From the NCBI GenBank assembly GCA_020722945.1, contig DYJV01000001.1, forward strand, positions 15,520 to 79,519: DNA of 64,000 nt. The letters are read 5' to 3'. A model generated the notes under the pieces. That model saw only the letters and a list, made by a program, of their open reading frames with translations. It did not search any database and was not told where the DNA came from. Origin of the DNA: Candidatus Methylomirabilis sp. Lineage in GTDB: Bacteria > DYJV01. Shown in pieces: positions 47,733 through 58,662 of the stretch (position 1 is its first letter; each line of letters begins with the position of its first letter). The position numbers and the translations under genes were made by a program.

Positions 47733-48332
47733 ATGAATATACAGACTGCTTTGGTAAGTGTATCTGATAAAATTGGAGTTGTTGATTTTTGTGACTCTCT
47801 TCAAAGAATGGGTATCAAAAAGATACTGTCCACAGGTGGCACCGCTAAGTTACTCTCTCAATCTGGGATAAAAGTTACAGAAGTTTCCTCATATACAGGT
47901 TTCCCCGAAATGATGGACGGACGGATAAAGACTCTCCACCCTAAAATACATGGTGGACTACTTGCATTAAGAGAGAATCCTTCTCATGTCAAAAAAGCGA
48001 AAGAGCATTGCATAGATATGATAGATCTTCTTGTGGTGAATCTTTACCCTTTTAAGAAAACTATTTCAAATCCTAATGTCCATTTTAAAGATGCTATAGA
48101 GAATATAGATATAGGTGGTCCTGCAATGATAAGAGCTGCAGCTAAAAATTTTAAAAATGTTGTTGTTCTTGTTGATCCAGATGATTATCTTAAGGTTTTA
48201 AAAGAATTGTCAAATGATGGGGATGTTTCATATGAAACAAGGTTCTATCTTGCTGTGAAAGTTTTTCAAACAATGAGTGATTACGATGGAGCTATATTTA
48301 ACTACCTCAAAAAAGAGATGGAGAAAGTATGA
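47733..48332 (+). CDS. purH: Stand-alone IMP cyclohydrolase (MGS-like N-terminal domain of PurH); no AICAR transformylase domain
   Basis: [38 protein letters not shown] and [15 protein letters not shown] are PurH N-domain motifs. The protein ends at about aa 199, where the AICARFT domain normally begins. I prefer the start at 47733 (GGAGG 5 nt upstream) over the track's GTG at 47718. The stop overlaps the purD start (ATGA). Confidence 0.8.
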   Translation: MNIQTALVSVSDKIGVVDFCDSLQRMGIKKILSTGGTAKLLSQSGIKVTEVSSYTGFPEMMDGRIKTLHPKIHGGLLALRENPSHVKKAKEHCIDMIDLLVVNLYPFKKTISNPNVHFKDAIENIDIGGPAMIRAAAKNFKNVVVLVDPDDYLKVLKELSNDGDVSYETRFYLAVKVFQTMSDYDGAIFNYLKKEMEKV

Positions 48333-49615
48333 AAATTTTAGTTATTGGGAGTGGTGGAAGAGAGCATGCTCTTATTTGGAAAATAAAGCAGAATAAAAAT
48401 GTTACAAAGATTTACTGTGCACCCGGTAATGCAGGTATATCTCAATTAGCTCAATGTGTTCCGATTGAGCAGGGTGACGTAGATGGGCTGCTTAAATTTG
48501 CATTAGAAGAGAATATCTCTCTCACTGTTGTAGGTCCCGAAGAGCCTCTTGTTAAAGGGATTGTTGATGCTTTTCAATCAAAAGGGCTTTCAATCTTTGG
48601 TCCCCCTCAAAATGCTGCAATACTTGAAGGTAGTAAAGTTTTTGCAAAAAATATGATGAAACGTTACAATATACCAACTGCTGATTTTGAAGTTTTTGAT
48701 AGTAGCCAAGATGCAATTAATTTCCTTATAAAAGCGAAATACCCTCTTGTTATTAAAGCTGACGGGCTTGCTGCAGGTAAAGGTGTGATTATTTGTAAAA
48801 ATTTTGAGCAGGCAAAAGATGCGGTTAGTGATATAATGGTTGACAAAATTTTTGGTGAAGCTGGAGATAAAATTGTAGTTGAGGATTGCCTTGTTGGAGA
48901 GGAAGCATCTTTTATTGCTGTTACTGATGGGAAAACTATTTTGCCCTTTGATTCATCTCAGGATCATAAGGCTGTTTATGATAATGATGAGGGACCAAAT
49001 ACAGGTGGGATGGGAGCATACTCTCCTGCACCTGTAGTTACAAAAGATGTTTATGACAAAATAATCTCAAGAGTAATGAACCCTCTTATTGAAGGATTCA
49101 AAAGGGAGAATATCTCATATAAAGGGGTTATCTATGCAGGCTTGATGATTACAAATGGAGAACCTTATGTTCTTGAATTTAATTGTAGATTTGGGGACCC
49201 AGAGACACAGCCTCTCCTTATTAGGTTGCAGAGTGATATAGTGGAGATATTTGAAGCCACCATTAACCATAGCTTGGATAAGATCATCCCAAATGTTAGA
49301 TGGTCAAATTCCGCATCTGTATGTATTGTTATGGCTTCAGGTGGTTATCCTGGGCATTATCAGAAAGGATTTTATATATCAGGTCTCGATAATTTTAATC
49401 AAGATAAAAATGTTATGATTTTTCATGCAGGGACAAAATTAGTTGATGGTAAAGTTGTAAATAATGGTGGTAGAGTTTTGGGAGTTACGGCTCTTGGTTT
49501 TTCAATCAAAGAAGCTATAGAAAATGGGTATAATGCGGTAAGTAAAATTAGTTGGCAGGGTGTTCATTATAGAAAAGATATAGGTAAAAAAGCTTTAAAA
49601 TATTTTAAATCATAA
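48329..49615 (+). CDS. purD: Phosphoribosylamine-glycine ligase
   Basis: [45 protein letters not shown] and GGRVLGVTA are typical GARS motifs. Confidence 0.9.
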   Translation: MKILVIGSGGREHALIWKIKQNKNVTKIYCAPGNAGISQLAQCVPIEQGDVDGLLKFALEENISLTVVGPEEPLVKGIVDAFQSKGLSIFGPPQNAAILEGSKVFAKNMMKRYNIPTADFEVFDSSQDAINFLIKAKYPLVIKADGLAAGKGVIICKNFEQAKDAVSDIMVDKIFGEAGDKIVVEDCLVGEEASFIAVTDGKTILPFDSSQDHKAVYDNDEGPNTGGMGAYSPAPVVTKDVYDKIISRVMNPLIEGFKRENISYKGVIYAGLMITNGEPYVLEFNCRFGDPETQPLLIRLQSDIVEIFEATINHSLDKIIPNVRWSNSASVCIVMASGGYPGHYQKGFYISGLDNFNQDKNVMIFHAGTKLVDGKVVNNGGRVLGVTALGFSIKEAIENGYNAVSKISWQGVHYRKDIGKKALKYFKS

Positions 49616-49624
49616 GAGGTCTTT

Positions 49625-49879
49625 ATGGAGAAAAGGAAATTGACATTGAAAGATATAGATAAATTAATAGCAGCAAGGAAGAAATTAGTTACATTTTCGA
49701 TAATAGTTGCTTTTGGTGCAATGGTTGGTGATTTTACATTTACTCAAGATTTCTTTAAACATGTAGATGCACTTGGGGTATTTAGTATATTTGCATTTGC
49801 TTATGCAGGTTACAATGAATGGGTTTTGAGAAAATTATTAAGAGGAAGGGATGAGATCAAAAATGGAGGAGCAGAGTAA
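49625..49879 (+). CDS. Small hypothetical membrane protein (two predicted TM segments)
   Basis: 84-aa ORF 9 nt after purD, with hydrophobic stretches FSIIVAFGAMVG and VFSIFAFAYAGY. No motif recognised. Confidence 0.35.
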   Translation: MEKRKLTLKDIDKLIAARKKLVTFSIIVAFGAMVGDFTFTQDFFKHVDALGVFSIFAFAYAGYNEWVLRKLLRGRDEIKNGGAE

Positions 49880-51761
49880 GCTACATCTTATTAAATCGAA
49901 GCTAAAAGATTTTCCAATCTTTAAAAAACTTGACAATATCCGCATTGATGAGCTTTGCCAAAAGAGTGACATCATAGAAGTTGAAGCTGGCAGTGTAATA
50001 TTTAAAAAGGATGAGAGTTGTCAAAAGGGTGTTTTTTTAGTTGTTGATGGGGTAGTCTCCATTGATAATTCTGAAAAAAGTGTTTCCTACAAGGTTTCTA
50101 ATGGTGATTTTGTTGGGTTGACAGCTTTTTTAGGTAGAAGAACATACCCTGTTACTGCAACTTGTGTTGAGGATAGTGAGCTTATATTTCTTCCTGATAT
50201 CTGAATTTACCGCCTGATTGGGGAGGATCCTGATTTTAAAGATTTTTTTCAGAAAAAACTTAACAAGATTCTTTCTGAAAGTAGAATAAAAACTTCTGAT
50301 AAGATATTTACGACTACTTATAGACCTGTTGGTTCTTATATGACTTCCCCTGTTGCAACAATCCCTGAATTAACCTCTTTTTTTGATGCTATAAAAATTA
50401 TGGGTGATCAAAAAATAGGTTCTCTGATAATTGTTGATGCTCGCAACTATCTAAAAGGATTATTGACTACCAAAGGTTTAATACATAATTTTTTTAACAA
50501 GTATCCAGACAAAAAAGTTAGTGATCTTACAGCTATAGATTTTATAAATAAAAAGCCAGTTACTATCCCTCCTGAGTATCCACTTATTGAAGCACTTTAC
50601 GAAATGCAAACAAGAGATGAGGATTATGCTGTTGTATGCAACAAAAATATACCTGTGGGGATAATCTCTGCAAAAGATGTTTTGAGAATTTTATTTAAAA
50701 GTGCTTCTGTTTATGAATCTCATATTGATAATGCAACTACTTTGTCAGAGTTAAAAGATATTCACTCTAATCTCTTTAAGATTGCTGAAAGCCTTTTCCA
50801 GAATACAAGATTTATATCTGATGTTTTGACTATCCTATCTTCTATTCATCTAAAAATTCAGAAGAGAGTTTACGATATCTCTGCTTCTACCTTTAATGAA
50901 AAAAATGAACATAATATAAATATTTATGATGTTCCTCACGCTTTTATTATTATGGGTAGTGGAGGAAGGCGAGAGATGAATCTTGATCCTGACCAAGATA
51001 ATGGTTTTATACTTGGTGATAATATCACTGATACTGAGAAAAAAGCCATTGATGAATTTGGAAAACTCCTTGTTGAGAATCTTGCTTTTGTTGGATATGA
51101 AAAGTGTGAAGGGAATGTAATGGTTACCAACCCTGAAATGAACAAGACCCTCTCAAAGTGGAAAGAGGATATCTCTTCTTGGATAGATAATCCGGGTCAG
51201 TGGGGGATTAGATGGTCTTCCATTATTTTTGATTTTGATTGTCTTTCAGGAGATGAATCACTTTTATGGGGTATGAGGGAGCATATCCTGCAAAAGATAA
51301 AACAGAAGCCAGTATTTTTACTTCAAATTCTTCAGAGTGACTCTACTCATGCAATCCCATTATCTATATTTGGTTCTTTCGTTACAGAGAGTAAAGGTGA
51401 GAGGAAGGGAACATTCAACCTTAAACGAACAGGGTTGATGTTTATTGTTGATATTGCAAGAGTTTTTGCACTTTATAAGGGGTTAACTGATCTAAATACG
51501 AGACAAAGGTTGAGACATCTTGAAAGGCTTAATGTTCTTTCAGAAGGTTTGGTTCAAAATGTTCTTGAAGCATATGAAGTTATGGCTAATATCATTTTGA
51601 TGCACCAAATTAATCAATCTAAAAATAATGAAGCACTTGATAAATTTATCAATCCTAAAAAGCTTTCTGTCTATAAACAGGAGAAATTAAAAGAAGCATT
51701 GAGGACTACATCCAAATTTTTAGATACTGCATTGAGCTATTTCAGTGGTTCGCCATTTTAA
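49851..51761 (+). pseudogene. cNMP-binding / tandem CBS / DUF294 nucleotidyltransferase signal-transduction gene interrupted by one in-frame TGA (50202-50204)
   Basis: ORFs 49851-50204 and 50340-51761 are in the same frame. The 135 nt between them has no further stop and reads DI*IYRLIGEDPDFKDFFQKKL..., continuing the cNMP-domain C-helix. Downstream are a CBS pair, then a GlnD-like NTase region (IIMGSGGRREMNLDPDQDNGFIL) and a DUF294_C-like tail. Joined length is about 636 codons. Confidence 0.65.
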
Positions 51762-51775
51762 CTAAAATATAAAAT

Positions 51776-52480
51776 TTGGATGCAACAATGATAAAAAATA
51801 TATTTAGCAAAATATTATCAAATAAACCTATCTCTATAAATTCTGACCCTATTGTTTATTTTGTCCATAAAACCTTAAGTAGCTATGATAAAACAAAGTT
51901 ACTTACTATTCCTATTAAAAGTGCTACATTTTCAGTGATTGATACTGAAACAACGGGGTTGGATCTAAAAGAGGATAAGATATTAAGTATCGCAGCAGTT
52001 AAAATAAAAAATCTTAAAATATATGATATTTACAATACATTTTTAGAGATAGACTCAAAAATACCTGAAGAATCTAAAAAATTTCATGGGATAGATGATG
52101 AAAACCTGAAAGATAAGCCTAAAATAAAAGAAATTTTCCCAGATTTTATAAATTTTATAAAAAATTCAGTTATAGTTGGGCATCATATAAAATTTGACAC
52201 TGAAATGATCAATAGAGAGTTAAAGAGATTTTACAATATAAAGTTGCCAAATTACCAGATTGACACAGGGATGTTATTTAATTTTCTTACAGATGGTGAG
52301 GGGAATACAAGTCTTGATGCACTTATGGAAAGATTTCATGTAAAGTGTGAGGATAGGCATAGTGCTCTCGGTGATGCGATTGCGACAGCAGAAGTTTTTA
52401 TAAAAATTTTATCAAAATTTGGGAGTAGATTTAAAACCTTTGAAGATTTACAAGGTAATAAACTTTTATTAAGTGATTAA
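51776..52480 (+). CDS. DEDDh 3'-5' exonuclease (DNA polymerase III epsilon-like domain)
   Basis: Exo I VIDTETTGL, Exo II VGHHIKFDTEMI and Exo III HSALGDAIATAEV. TTG at 51776 or ATG at 51788. Confidence 0.8.
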   Translation: MDATMIKNIFSKILSNKPISINSDPIVYFVHKTLSSYDKTKLLTIPIKSATFSVIDTETTGLDLKEDKILSIAAVKIKNLKIYDIYNTFLEIDSKIPEESKKFHGIDDENLKDKPKIKEIFPDFINFIKNSVIVGHHIKFDTEMINRELKRFYNIKLPNYQIDTGMLFNFLTDGEGNTSLDALMERFHVKCEDRHSALGDAIATAEVFIKILSKFGSRFKTFEDLQGNKLLLSD

Positions 52481-52565
52481 GAGGGTCTTGATAATACTAA
52501 ATTAGAACTATTTTCTGGCTATTTTAAAGAGTAAACTTTATTAATTAAGTTATTAAGAGGGCAAA

Positions 52566-54455
52566 ATGGATTTTTCAAAGGAAGATTTAGAAATTTTATG
52601 TAGAAAATTTAAAAGAGTATCTTTTACTCCTAATGAATTTGAAGAGCTAAATACACTCTTTCAAAATGATTATATCTCCTTTTTTGATAAAATTGCCAAA
52701 AAATATATCGAATGGAACAAAGATTATTGGAAAGTTGTTGATGATTCTGAATATCCTGATGTCAAATGGTTTACGAAGGGGAGACTTGATGTATGCTACA
52801 ATATTTATGAGAAGTTTCTTGATACTGATAAGAAGAATAAAGCTGCTTTTATATGGGAGGGGATAGATGGTCAGGAGAAAATTTATACATATCAGACCCT
52901 TTTTTCTGAAGTTTCAAGGCTTGCTTTTGCTTTAAAGAAGATAGGGGTCAAAAGGGGGGATAGAGTTTTTCTCTTTCTGCCAAACCTTCCAGAAACGGTA
53001 GTTGCTATACTTGCTTGTGCAAAGATTGGTGCTGTGCATGTTGTATATAGCTACAAATTCTCCTCTGATGCACTTTTTGACAGGATATTAAATTGTAAGC
53101 CTAAGATAATTATAACCGCAGATGGAAGTTTTGAGGAGGGTTATTACAAAGTTAAAAGTAAAATAGATGCAATTATGCCTAAAATTGAAAAAATGATTGA
53201 TTATGTCATAGTTGTGAAGCGGACAAATAGAAAGATAAAAATGAATCCCTTCAAAGATATATGGTATCATGAGCTTGTTGACTCTGTTCAATATGCTGAG
53301 GCTGTAGTTGATAAAAAACTTTTTTCTGAATCTGAAGATAATCTTTTTCTCCTATATACTGCAACCAATCAAATTATCCCTAAAGGGATGGTTCATACAA
53401 CAGCAGGTTATCTTTTATGGGTTTTTTATACTACCAATCTGATTTTTGATTTTTCAGAGACAGACACTTTTTGGTCAATATTTGATTTGCCATCTATAAT
53501 AAGCATAAGTTACGGTATTTATGGAGCATTGTCTTCTGGAGGGACTACATTTATTTATGAAGGAGTAATTGATTATGAAGATGCTCAGAAATTTTATGAA
53601 ATAGTCCAAAGATACAAGATTACAAAAATATATTCCCATCCCAATACTCTCAGGAATCTTATGAATGCAGAGCTTAAAAAAAAGGTGAGTGGAGATACAA
53701 AGAGTATTAGATTAATTGCAACGAGTGGTGAAACACCGAGTAAAATTTTATTTAAATGGGCTTATGAAGTCCTTGGGAATAAAGTTACTCCTATTATAGA
53801 TATTTGGTTTCAAAGTGAGACAGGGGGAGCTCTTGTATCGAGCATTCCATGCCTTGTTCCACCCAAAATTGAATCTATTGCCAAACCACTTCCGGGAGCA
53901 GATGTCTGTATAGTTGATACAATAGGCAATCCACTTCCAAATGATAATATGGGGAATTTAGTTATAAGAAAATTTCATCCTGCTCTTATAAGAGGGTTGT
54001 GGGATGACCACGATACATTTAAAAATCAATATTGGAGAAGATACAAGGAGAAAAGATATTTTTTTACAGGGGATAGTGCATATGTAGATAAAAATAATTA
54101 TATTTTTTTAAAGGGGAGAGTAGACAATATAATCAATATCCAGGGGAAGAGACTTAATCTTCTTGAGATAGAAGCTGTGATACTCAAAAATAAAAAGATA
54201 GAAGAAGTGGCAGTTATTTCTTACAACCATCCAAGAAAAGGATCTATCTTATCAGCTTTCTGTGTGTTAACTCATTTTATTTCGAGTGATTGGGAATTGT
54301 CTGATCTTGAGAATGAAATTAAAGAGAAAGTTAACAACGATGTTGGTGATTGGGTAAATCTTCAAGAGATAAGATTTACTCAGATGCTTCCCAAATCTCC
54401 GTCGGGTAAGGTATTAAAAAATCTCTTAAAAGAGATTGCAATAGGTATGGAGTAA
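52566..54455 (+). CDS. Acetyl-CoA synthetase-like AMP-forming enzyme with a degenerate phosphate-binding loop
   Basis: Colinear with Acs: AAFIWEG, LACAKIGAVHVV, PKGMVHTTAGYL, WFQSETGG, TGDSAYVDKNNYIFLKGRVDNIINIQGKRL and LPKSPSGKV. The canonical YTSGSTGKPKG reads YTATNQIIPKG here. Confidence 0.75.
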   Translation: MDFSKEDLEILCRKFKRVSFTPNEFEELNTLFQNDYISFFDKIAKKYIEWNKDYWKVVDDSEYPDVKWFTKGRLDVCYNIYEKFLDTDKKNKAAFIWEGIDGQEKIYTYQTLFSEVSRLAFALKKIGVKRGDRVFLFLPNLPETVVAILACAKIGAVHVVYSYKFSSDALFDRILNCKPKIIITADGSFEEGYYKVKSKIDAIMPKIEKMIDYVIVVKRTNRKIKMNPFKDIWYHELVDSVQYAEAVVDKKLFSESEDNLFLLYTATNQIIPKGMVHTTAGYLLWVFYTTNLIFDFSETDTFWSIFDLPSIISISYGIYGALSSGGTTFIYEGVIDYEDAQKFYEIVQRYKITKIYSHPNTLRNLMNAELKKKVSGDTKSIRLIATSGETPSKILFKWAYEVLGNKVTPIIDIWFQSETGGALVSSIPCLVPPKIESIAKPLPGADVCIVDTIGNPLPNDNMGNLVIRKFHPALIRGLWDDHDTFKNQYWRRYKEKRYFFTGDSAYVDKNNYIFLKGRVDNIINIQGKRLNLLEIEAVILKNKKIEEVAVISYNHPRKGSILSAFCVLTHFISSDWELSDLENEIKEKVNNDVGDWVNLQEIRFTQMLPKSPSGKVLKNLLKEIAIGME

Positions 54456-54562
54456 CTGATAATCTGTTAAATACAGTAAACACAGTGAAAAATAAATCTT
54501 TTAGTAATATATACAACAATATGTATAAATAGATATTATGGAGTAGTAAATATCTTACTCAA

Positions 54563-55585
54563 TTAATTCCTGATCTTTTGCCAGAGCTCCTTGAAATTTT
54601 GAAAAACTATTTCAGGTAAAAGTTCTTTCTGACAAATAAGCTTTTCACACTTTTTCTTTCTACAAGGGTTGCATCCCACATCTACTTTTACAACTCTATT
54701 GTTTCTCCCCCAAGGTTTGTTAATTTCAGAATCTGATGGACCAAAAAGAGCAAGCACGGGGATATTGAGAGTGGATGCTAAGTGCATTGGTCCTGTGTCA
54801 CCTGTAATAAAAAGATTAAGTTTTGATATAATAACCATCAGCTCTTTCATATCTGTTTTGGGTGATAAGAAAGAATTGTTATGCTCTCCAAGAGGTTTTA
54901 CTCTCTCCTCTTCACCTGGTCCCCATGTAATTATAAATCCAAATTTCTCATCTTTGAATTCTTGGGATATCATCTGTATCAATTTGTTGTAATAATTAAT
55001 TGGCCACTCTTTGTATGAGCCAAATTTACTTGTGCAGGGGTTTAAGCCTATAAAAAATTTATAATTACCTATCTTTGAAAAGAAATTTTCCACCTTTTTT
55101 ATCTTTTCAGGTTCTATGAAAAAATTGCTCTCCAACTTTTCTGGAATTTTAAAATCATTAATGAAATGTGAAATAAGATGAAAATTTTTCTCTATCCTTG
55201 TAACTTTTTCAGATATACTATTTACATGAATGTTGTTAAAAAATGAGTTAAACTCTTTGCAGTTTTCCCTGCTGTAACCCACCCTTTTTTTTACCCCTGA
55301 AAAGGCGGAAATTAGACCACTTTTTAATATTCCGTGAAAATCAAGAATGTAATCAAAATTTTGAGATCTAATATCTTTTAGGATATCAAATATTTTAAAA
55401 TAATTTTTTCTTGGAATAGTGTAGAGTTTATCAATATCGGGATGATTCAGCAGAAGATTTGATGCCCAGTCTTCAGCAATCCATGAAATTTGAAGATTTT
55501 CAAAATGATTTTTTAGATAAATAACAGATGGGACTGTTCTTATAATGTCTCCAACAGCTCCAAGTCTTATTACAAGTATTTTCAT
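54563..55585 (-). CDS. Glycosyltransferase family 9 (ADP-heptose:LPS heptosyltransferase-like)
   Basis: N-terminal MKILVIRLGAVGDIIRTVP and C-terminal GDTGPMHLASTLNIPVLALFGPS are GT9 hallmarks. Confidence 0.85.
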   Translation of the reverse strand: MKILVIRLGAVGDIIRTVPSVIYLKNHFENLQISWIAEDWASNLLLNHPDIDKLYTIPRKNYFKIFDILKDIRSQNFDYILDFHGILKSGLISAFSGVKKRVGYSRENCKEFNSFFNNIHVNSISEKVTRIEKNFHLISHFINDFKIPEKLESNFFIEPEKIKKVENFFSKIGNYKFFIGLNPCTSKFGSYKEWPINYYNKLIQMISQEFKDEKFGFIITWGPGEEERVKPLGEHNNSFLSPKTDMKELMVIISKLNLFITGDTGPMHLASTLNIPVLALFGPSDSEINKPWGRNNRVVKVDVGCNPCRKKKCEKLICQKELLPEIVFQNFKELWQKIRN

Positions 55586-56187
55586 TTATTTTTGCTGTAT
55601 AATACAGGATTTAGAGATGGGTCGTTATACATTTTAAATTGATAATATACTTTGTGAATTTTATTCCCATTAAAAAGGTCTAAAATTAATTTGTCAAATG
55701 CGTTTAGCAGGTCATCTCGTTGCATTATAAGGGTATTTAATCTATATTTACATTTTTCGATATGCTCTTCTGAAGCATCTTCTCTATCTGTTTGCTCCCT
55801 CATATGGTATATTTTGAGAGATAAGATTGTCAATCTATCTATGATGGCTCCCGGAGTTTCAGAGTTGAAAATATTGCTAATGGTTGTTATGGGGATGCTT
55901 TTTAATATTGAATCAAGCAGTATATCAAATTTTTCGATATAGTCATTCCTAATCTGGTTTTGCTTGTCAATTTCCCTTTTGATATTTGCAATAATAGAGT
56001 CATCAGAGGAGTTGTCCCTTGCTCTATCTTCGAGGTGCCATAGTGTATAATTGGCAAGGAGTATATTTAATACAGAAACTGCATTGGGGTCTGTCTCTGT
56101 AAATTGTGGGTGGTGGTCAAAGTGCCATAATTTGATATATTTGTCGAAAGTTTCTTTTAATCTATAACTGTTTTGAAAAAAAATCAT
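55582..56187 (-). CDS. Hypothetical protein (possibly DUF4254-like), translationally coupled to the heptosyltransferase gene
   Basis: 201-aa soluble helical protein containing LWHLEDRARD. Its stop overlaps the GT9 start by 4 nt. The family is recalled from memory only. Confidence 0.35.
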   Translation of the reverse strand: MIFFQNSYRLKETFDKYIKLWHFDHHPQFTETDPNAVSVLNILLANYTLWHLEDRARDNSSDDSIIANIKREIDKQNQIRNDYIEKFDILLDSILKSIPITTISNIFNSETPGAIIDRLTILSLKIYHMREQTDREDASEEHIEKCKYRLNTLIMQRDDLLNAFDKLILDLFNGNKIHKVYYQFKMYNDPSLNPVLYSKNK

Positions 56188-56274
56188 AAAAACCCCTAAA
56201 ATAAATTTGACTAATTTAGATGTTTTATATATAGAGAGTTGTTTTATTAGTCAAGTTTTTTCAAAAGGGACATT

Positions 56275-57753
56275 ATGCTTATTTACAATACATTGACAGG
56301 TAAAAAAGAGGATTTTAAGCCTTTATCTCCACCCAAAGTAGGGATTTATGTATGTGGTGTTACTGTATATGACTTGTGCCATATAGGACATGCAAGGAGT
56401 CTTATTGTTTTTGATATAATATACAGATATTTGAAATTTAAGGGTTATGATGTTACCTTTGTAAGAAATTTTACTGATATTGATGACAAGATAATAAAGC
56501 GTGCAAATGAAGAAAATATTACATACAAAGAGATCAGTGAAAGATATATCGATGAGTTTAACAAAGATGTTAAAACACTCAATATCCTGCCCCCCACATT
56601 TGAACCTAAAGCTACCGAACACATTAGTGAGATGATAAATTTTATTCAAACATTGGTGAATAAAGGGTTTGCCTATAATGTTGATGGCAATGTTTACTTT
56701 GCAGTGGACAAATTTAAAGATTACGGTAAATTATCTAAGAAAAATACAGACGATCTACTTTCAGGGGCAAGGATAGATATTGATCAGAGCAAGAGAAATC
56801 CTCTTGATTTTGCTTTATGGAAAAAAAGCAAAGATAATGAGCCTTTTTGGGATAGTCCTTGGGGCAAAGGGAGACCTGGATGGCATATTGAATGTTCTGT
56901 AATGAGCATGAAATACCTTGGCTCGACTTTTGATATACATGGTGGTGGTAAAGATCTTATTTTTCCTCATCATGAGAACGAAATTGCTCAGTCAGAAGCC
57001 TTCTCTTCATTACCATTTGCAACTCACTGGATCCATAATGGCTTTGTTAATATCAACAAAGAGAAGATGAGTAAATCCCTTGGGAACTTTTTTACTATAA
57101 GAGATACTCTGCAAAAAGTTCCCCCTGATGTTTTGAGATTTTTTCTTCTAAACTCCCACTACCACAAACCTATAGATTTTTCAGAGGAGAGTATAGAAAC
57201 CTCCAAAAATGCTTATCTGAAGCTTTGTTATGCTATTGACAGACTCCTAAATATAGTAAAAGATTTCTCTTCTAATTCAGAAATAGATGAAAATTCTCTC
57301 TCAAAAACTCAGAAAAAATTTATAAACACATTTCAATCTTTCAAAGTCAATTTTTTTAATGCTATGGATGATGATTTTAATAGTGCCAAAGCAATAGGTT
57401 TTCTATTTGAGTTTATTTCAGAATTAAATAAAATCATTAATATCCCCAATTTAAATCCTAATGAAGATTTTTTGAAACTGTTGTTTCAGATAAAATTATT
57501 TTTTGAAGATTTTTCAAAGATTACAGGTCTCTTTTCTACTCCTCCATCAGAATTTATTGAAATTGAAAAGGAGAAATTCCTTAAAGAGAGCAATATATCT
57601 GCTGATTTTATTGTATCCAAAATAAATGAAAGAAATATATTTAGAAGTCAAAAAAATTGGGAAAGTGCTGATATGATAAGAAAAGAGCTTGAAACAAAAG
57701 GTATATTTTTGGAGGATGGTAAGAGCTCTACTATATGGAAAATAATTATATAA
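56275..57753 (+). CDS. cysS: Cysteine-tRNA ligase
   Basis: Class-I HIGH (CHIGHARS) and KMSKS (KMSKSLGN) motifs, YVCGVTVYD and WHIECS (Zn site). Confidence 0.95.
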   Translation: MLIYNTLTGKKEDFKPLSPPKVGIYVCGVTVYDLCHIGHARSLIVFDIIYRYLKFKGYDVTFVRNFTDIDDKIIKRANEENITYKEISERYIDEFNKDVKTLNILPPTFEPKATEHISEMINFIQTLVNKGFAYNVDGNVYFAVDKFKDYGKLSKKNTDDLLSGARIDIDQSKRNPLDFALWKKSKDNEPFWDSPWGKGRPGWHIECSVMSMKYLGSTFDIHGGGKDLIFPHHENEIAQSEAFSSLPFATHWIHNGFVNINKEKMSKSLGNFFTIRDTLQKVPPDVLRFFLLNSHYHKPIDFSEESIETSKNAYLKLCYAIDRLLNIVKDFSSNSEIDENSLSKTQKKFINTFQSFKVNFFNAMDDDFNSAKAIGFLFEFISELNKIINIPNLNPNEDFLKLLFQIKLFFEDFSKITGLFSTPPSEFIEIEKEKFLKESNISADFIVSKINERNIFRSQKNWESADMIRKELETKGIFLEDGKSSTIWKIII

Positions 57754-57764
57754 AGAGGTTTTAG

Positions 57765-58229
57765 ATGGATGTAAAATATATAAATCCTTTCCTTTCGGCA
57801 ACTATTAATGTCCTCAAAACAATGGCATTTACCGAATCTACACCTGGGAAACCTTTTGTGAAAAAAGATCAAAAAGCAATAGGAGATGTATCAGGGATCA
57901 TAGGTCTTTCAGGTGAAGCAGTTGGTTCTTTATCTATCACTTTTGAAGAGAGCACAATTAAACATATAGTTACAAATATGTTTGGTGAAGAAGTTAAAGA
58001 GCTAAATGACGAAGTCAGAGATGCCGTAGGTGAGCTTACGAATATGATCTCTGGTGATGCGAGAAGATTACTTCAGGATCAAAATATTAAGATAGAAGCA
58101 TCTATCCCTTCTATTATTACTGGTAAAGGCCATACAATCAGCCATATGGCTAAAGGACCTACAATTGCGTTGCCATTTACTACAGAGAAAGGGAATTTTA
58201 TAGTTGAATTTACATTAGAAACGAAATAA
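57765..58229 (+). CDS. cheX: CheX-type CheY-P phosphatase
   Basis: 154 aa. INPFLSATINVLKTM at the N-terminus and the active-site motif AVGELTNMISG (ExxN), as in CheX. Confidence 0.75.
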   Translation: MDVKYINPFLSATINVLKTMAFTESTPGKPFVKKDQKAIGDVSGIIGLSGEAVGSLSITFEESTIKHIVTNMFGEEVKELNDEVRDAVGELTNMISGDARRLLQDQNIKIEASIPSIITGKGHTISHMAKGPTIALPFTTEKGNFIVEFTLETK

Positions 58230-58295
58230 CTTGACAATAAAAAGTTAATTATGTTAGAGATTTATAAATCTTGATTTTATAGGGAAATCCTTGAT

Positions 58296-58661
58296 ATGAA
58301 AGAGTATTTTGACTATCGTAATAAAATATTAAAAGAATATTTTATAATTTCGACAATATTTCTTTCACTTTTTTTTCTATTAGGCGAGAAATCTGTAGCA
58401 TTTGGTTTTGCTCTTGGAGCTGCTGTTTCAGGTATAAATTTTTATCTTATAAGTCTAAACAATCTTAAATTACTATCTTGTTCCAAAAGTTTTTCACAAA
58501 AATATCTTATTAAATGGTTTTTTTTAAGATATCTTATGTTTTTTATCGCAGGGATTGTCGCATTGAAAAGTCCCGATATCTCTTTTAGTGGTGTTGCAAT
58601 AGGTTTTTTCTCTATACAGATGGCTATTTTTTATTCCAAAATTATTTTGAGAGAGAGTTAA
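58296..58661 (+). CDS. atpI: ATP synthase protein I (AtpI/AtpZ-like small membrane protein)
   Basis: 121-aa four-TM-like hydrophobic protein directly upstream of atpB, with the stop 1 nt from the atpB start. Positional and compositional evidence only. Confidence 0.55.
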   Translation: MKEYFDYRNKILKEYFIISTIFLSLFFLLGEKSVAFGFALGAAVSGINFYLISLNNLKLLSCSKSFSQKYLIKWFFLRYLMFFIAGIVALKSPDISFSGVAIGFFSIQMAIFYSKIILRES

Positions 58662-58662
58662 A

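Noticed and set aside
50202-50260. Selenocysteine recoding of the in-frame TGA in the cNMP/CBS/DUF294 gene
   Set aside because: I could not fold a convincing SECIS-like stem-loop in the about 50 nt downstream; only 2-3 bp pairings are possible. The position is in a helix with no redox role. A nonsense mutation or sequencing error is more likely, but this cannot be excluded without data.
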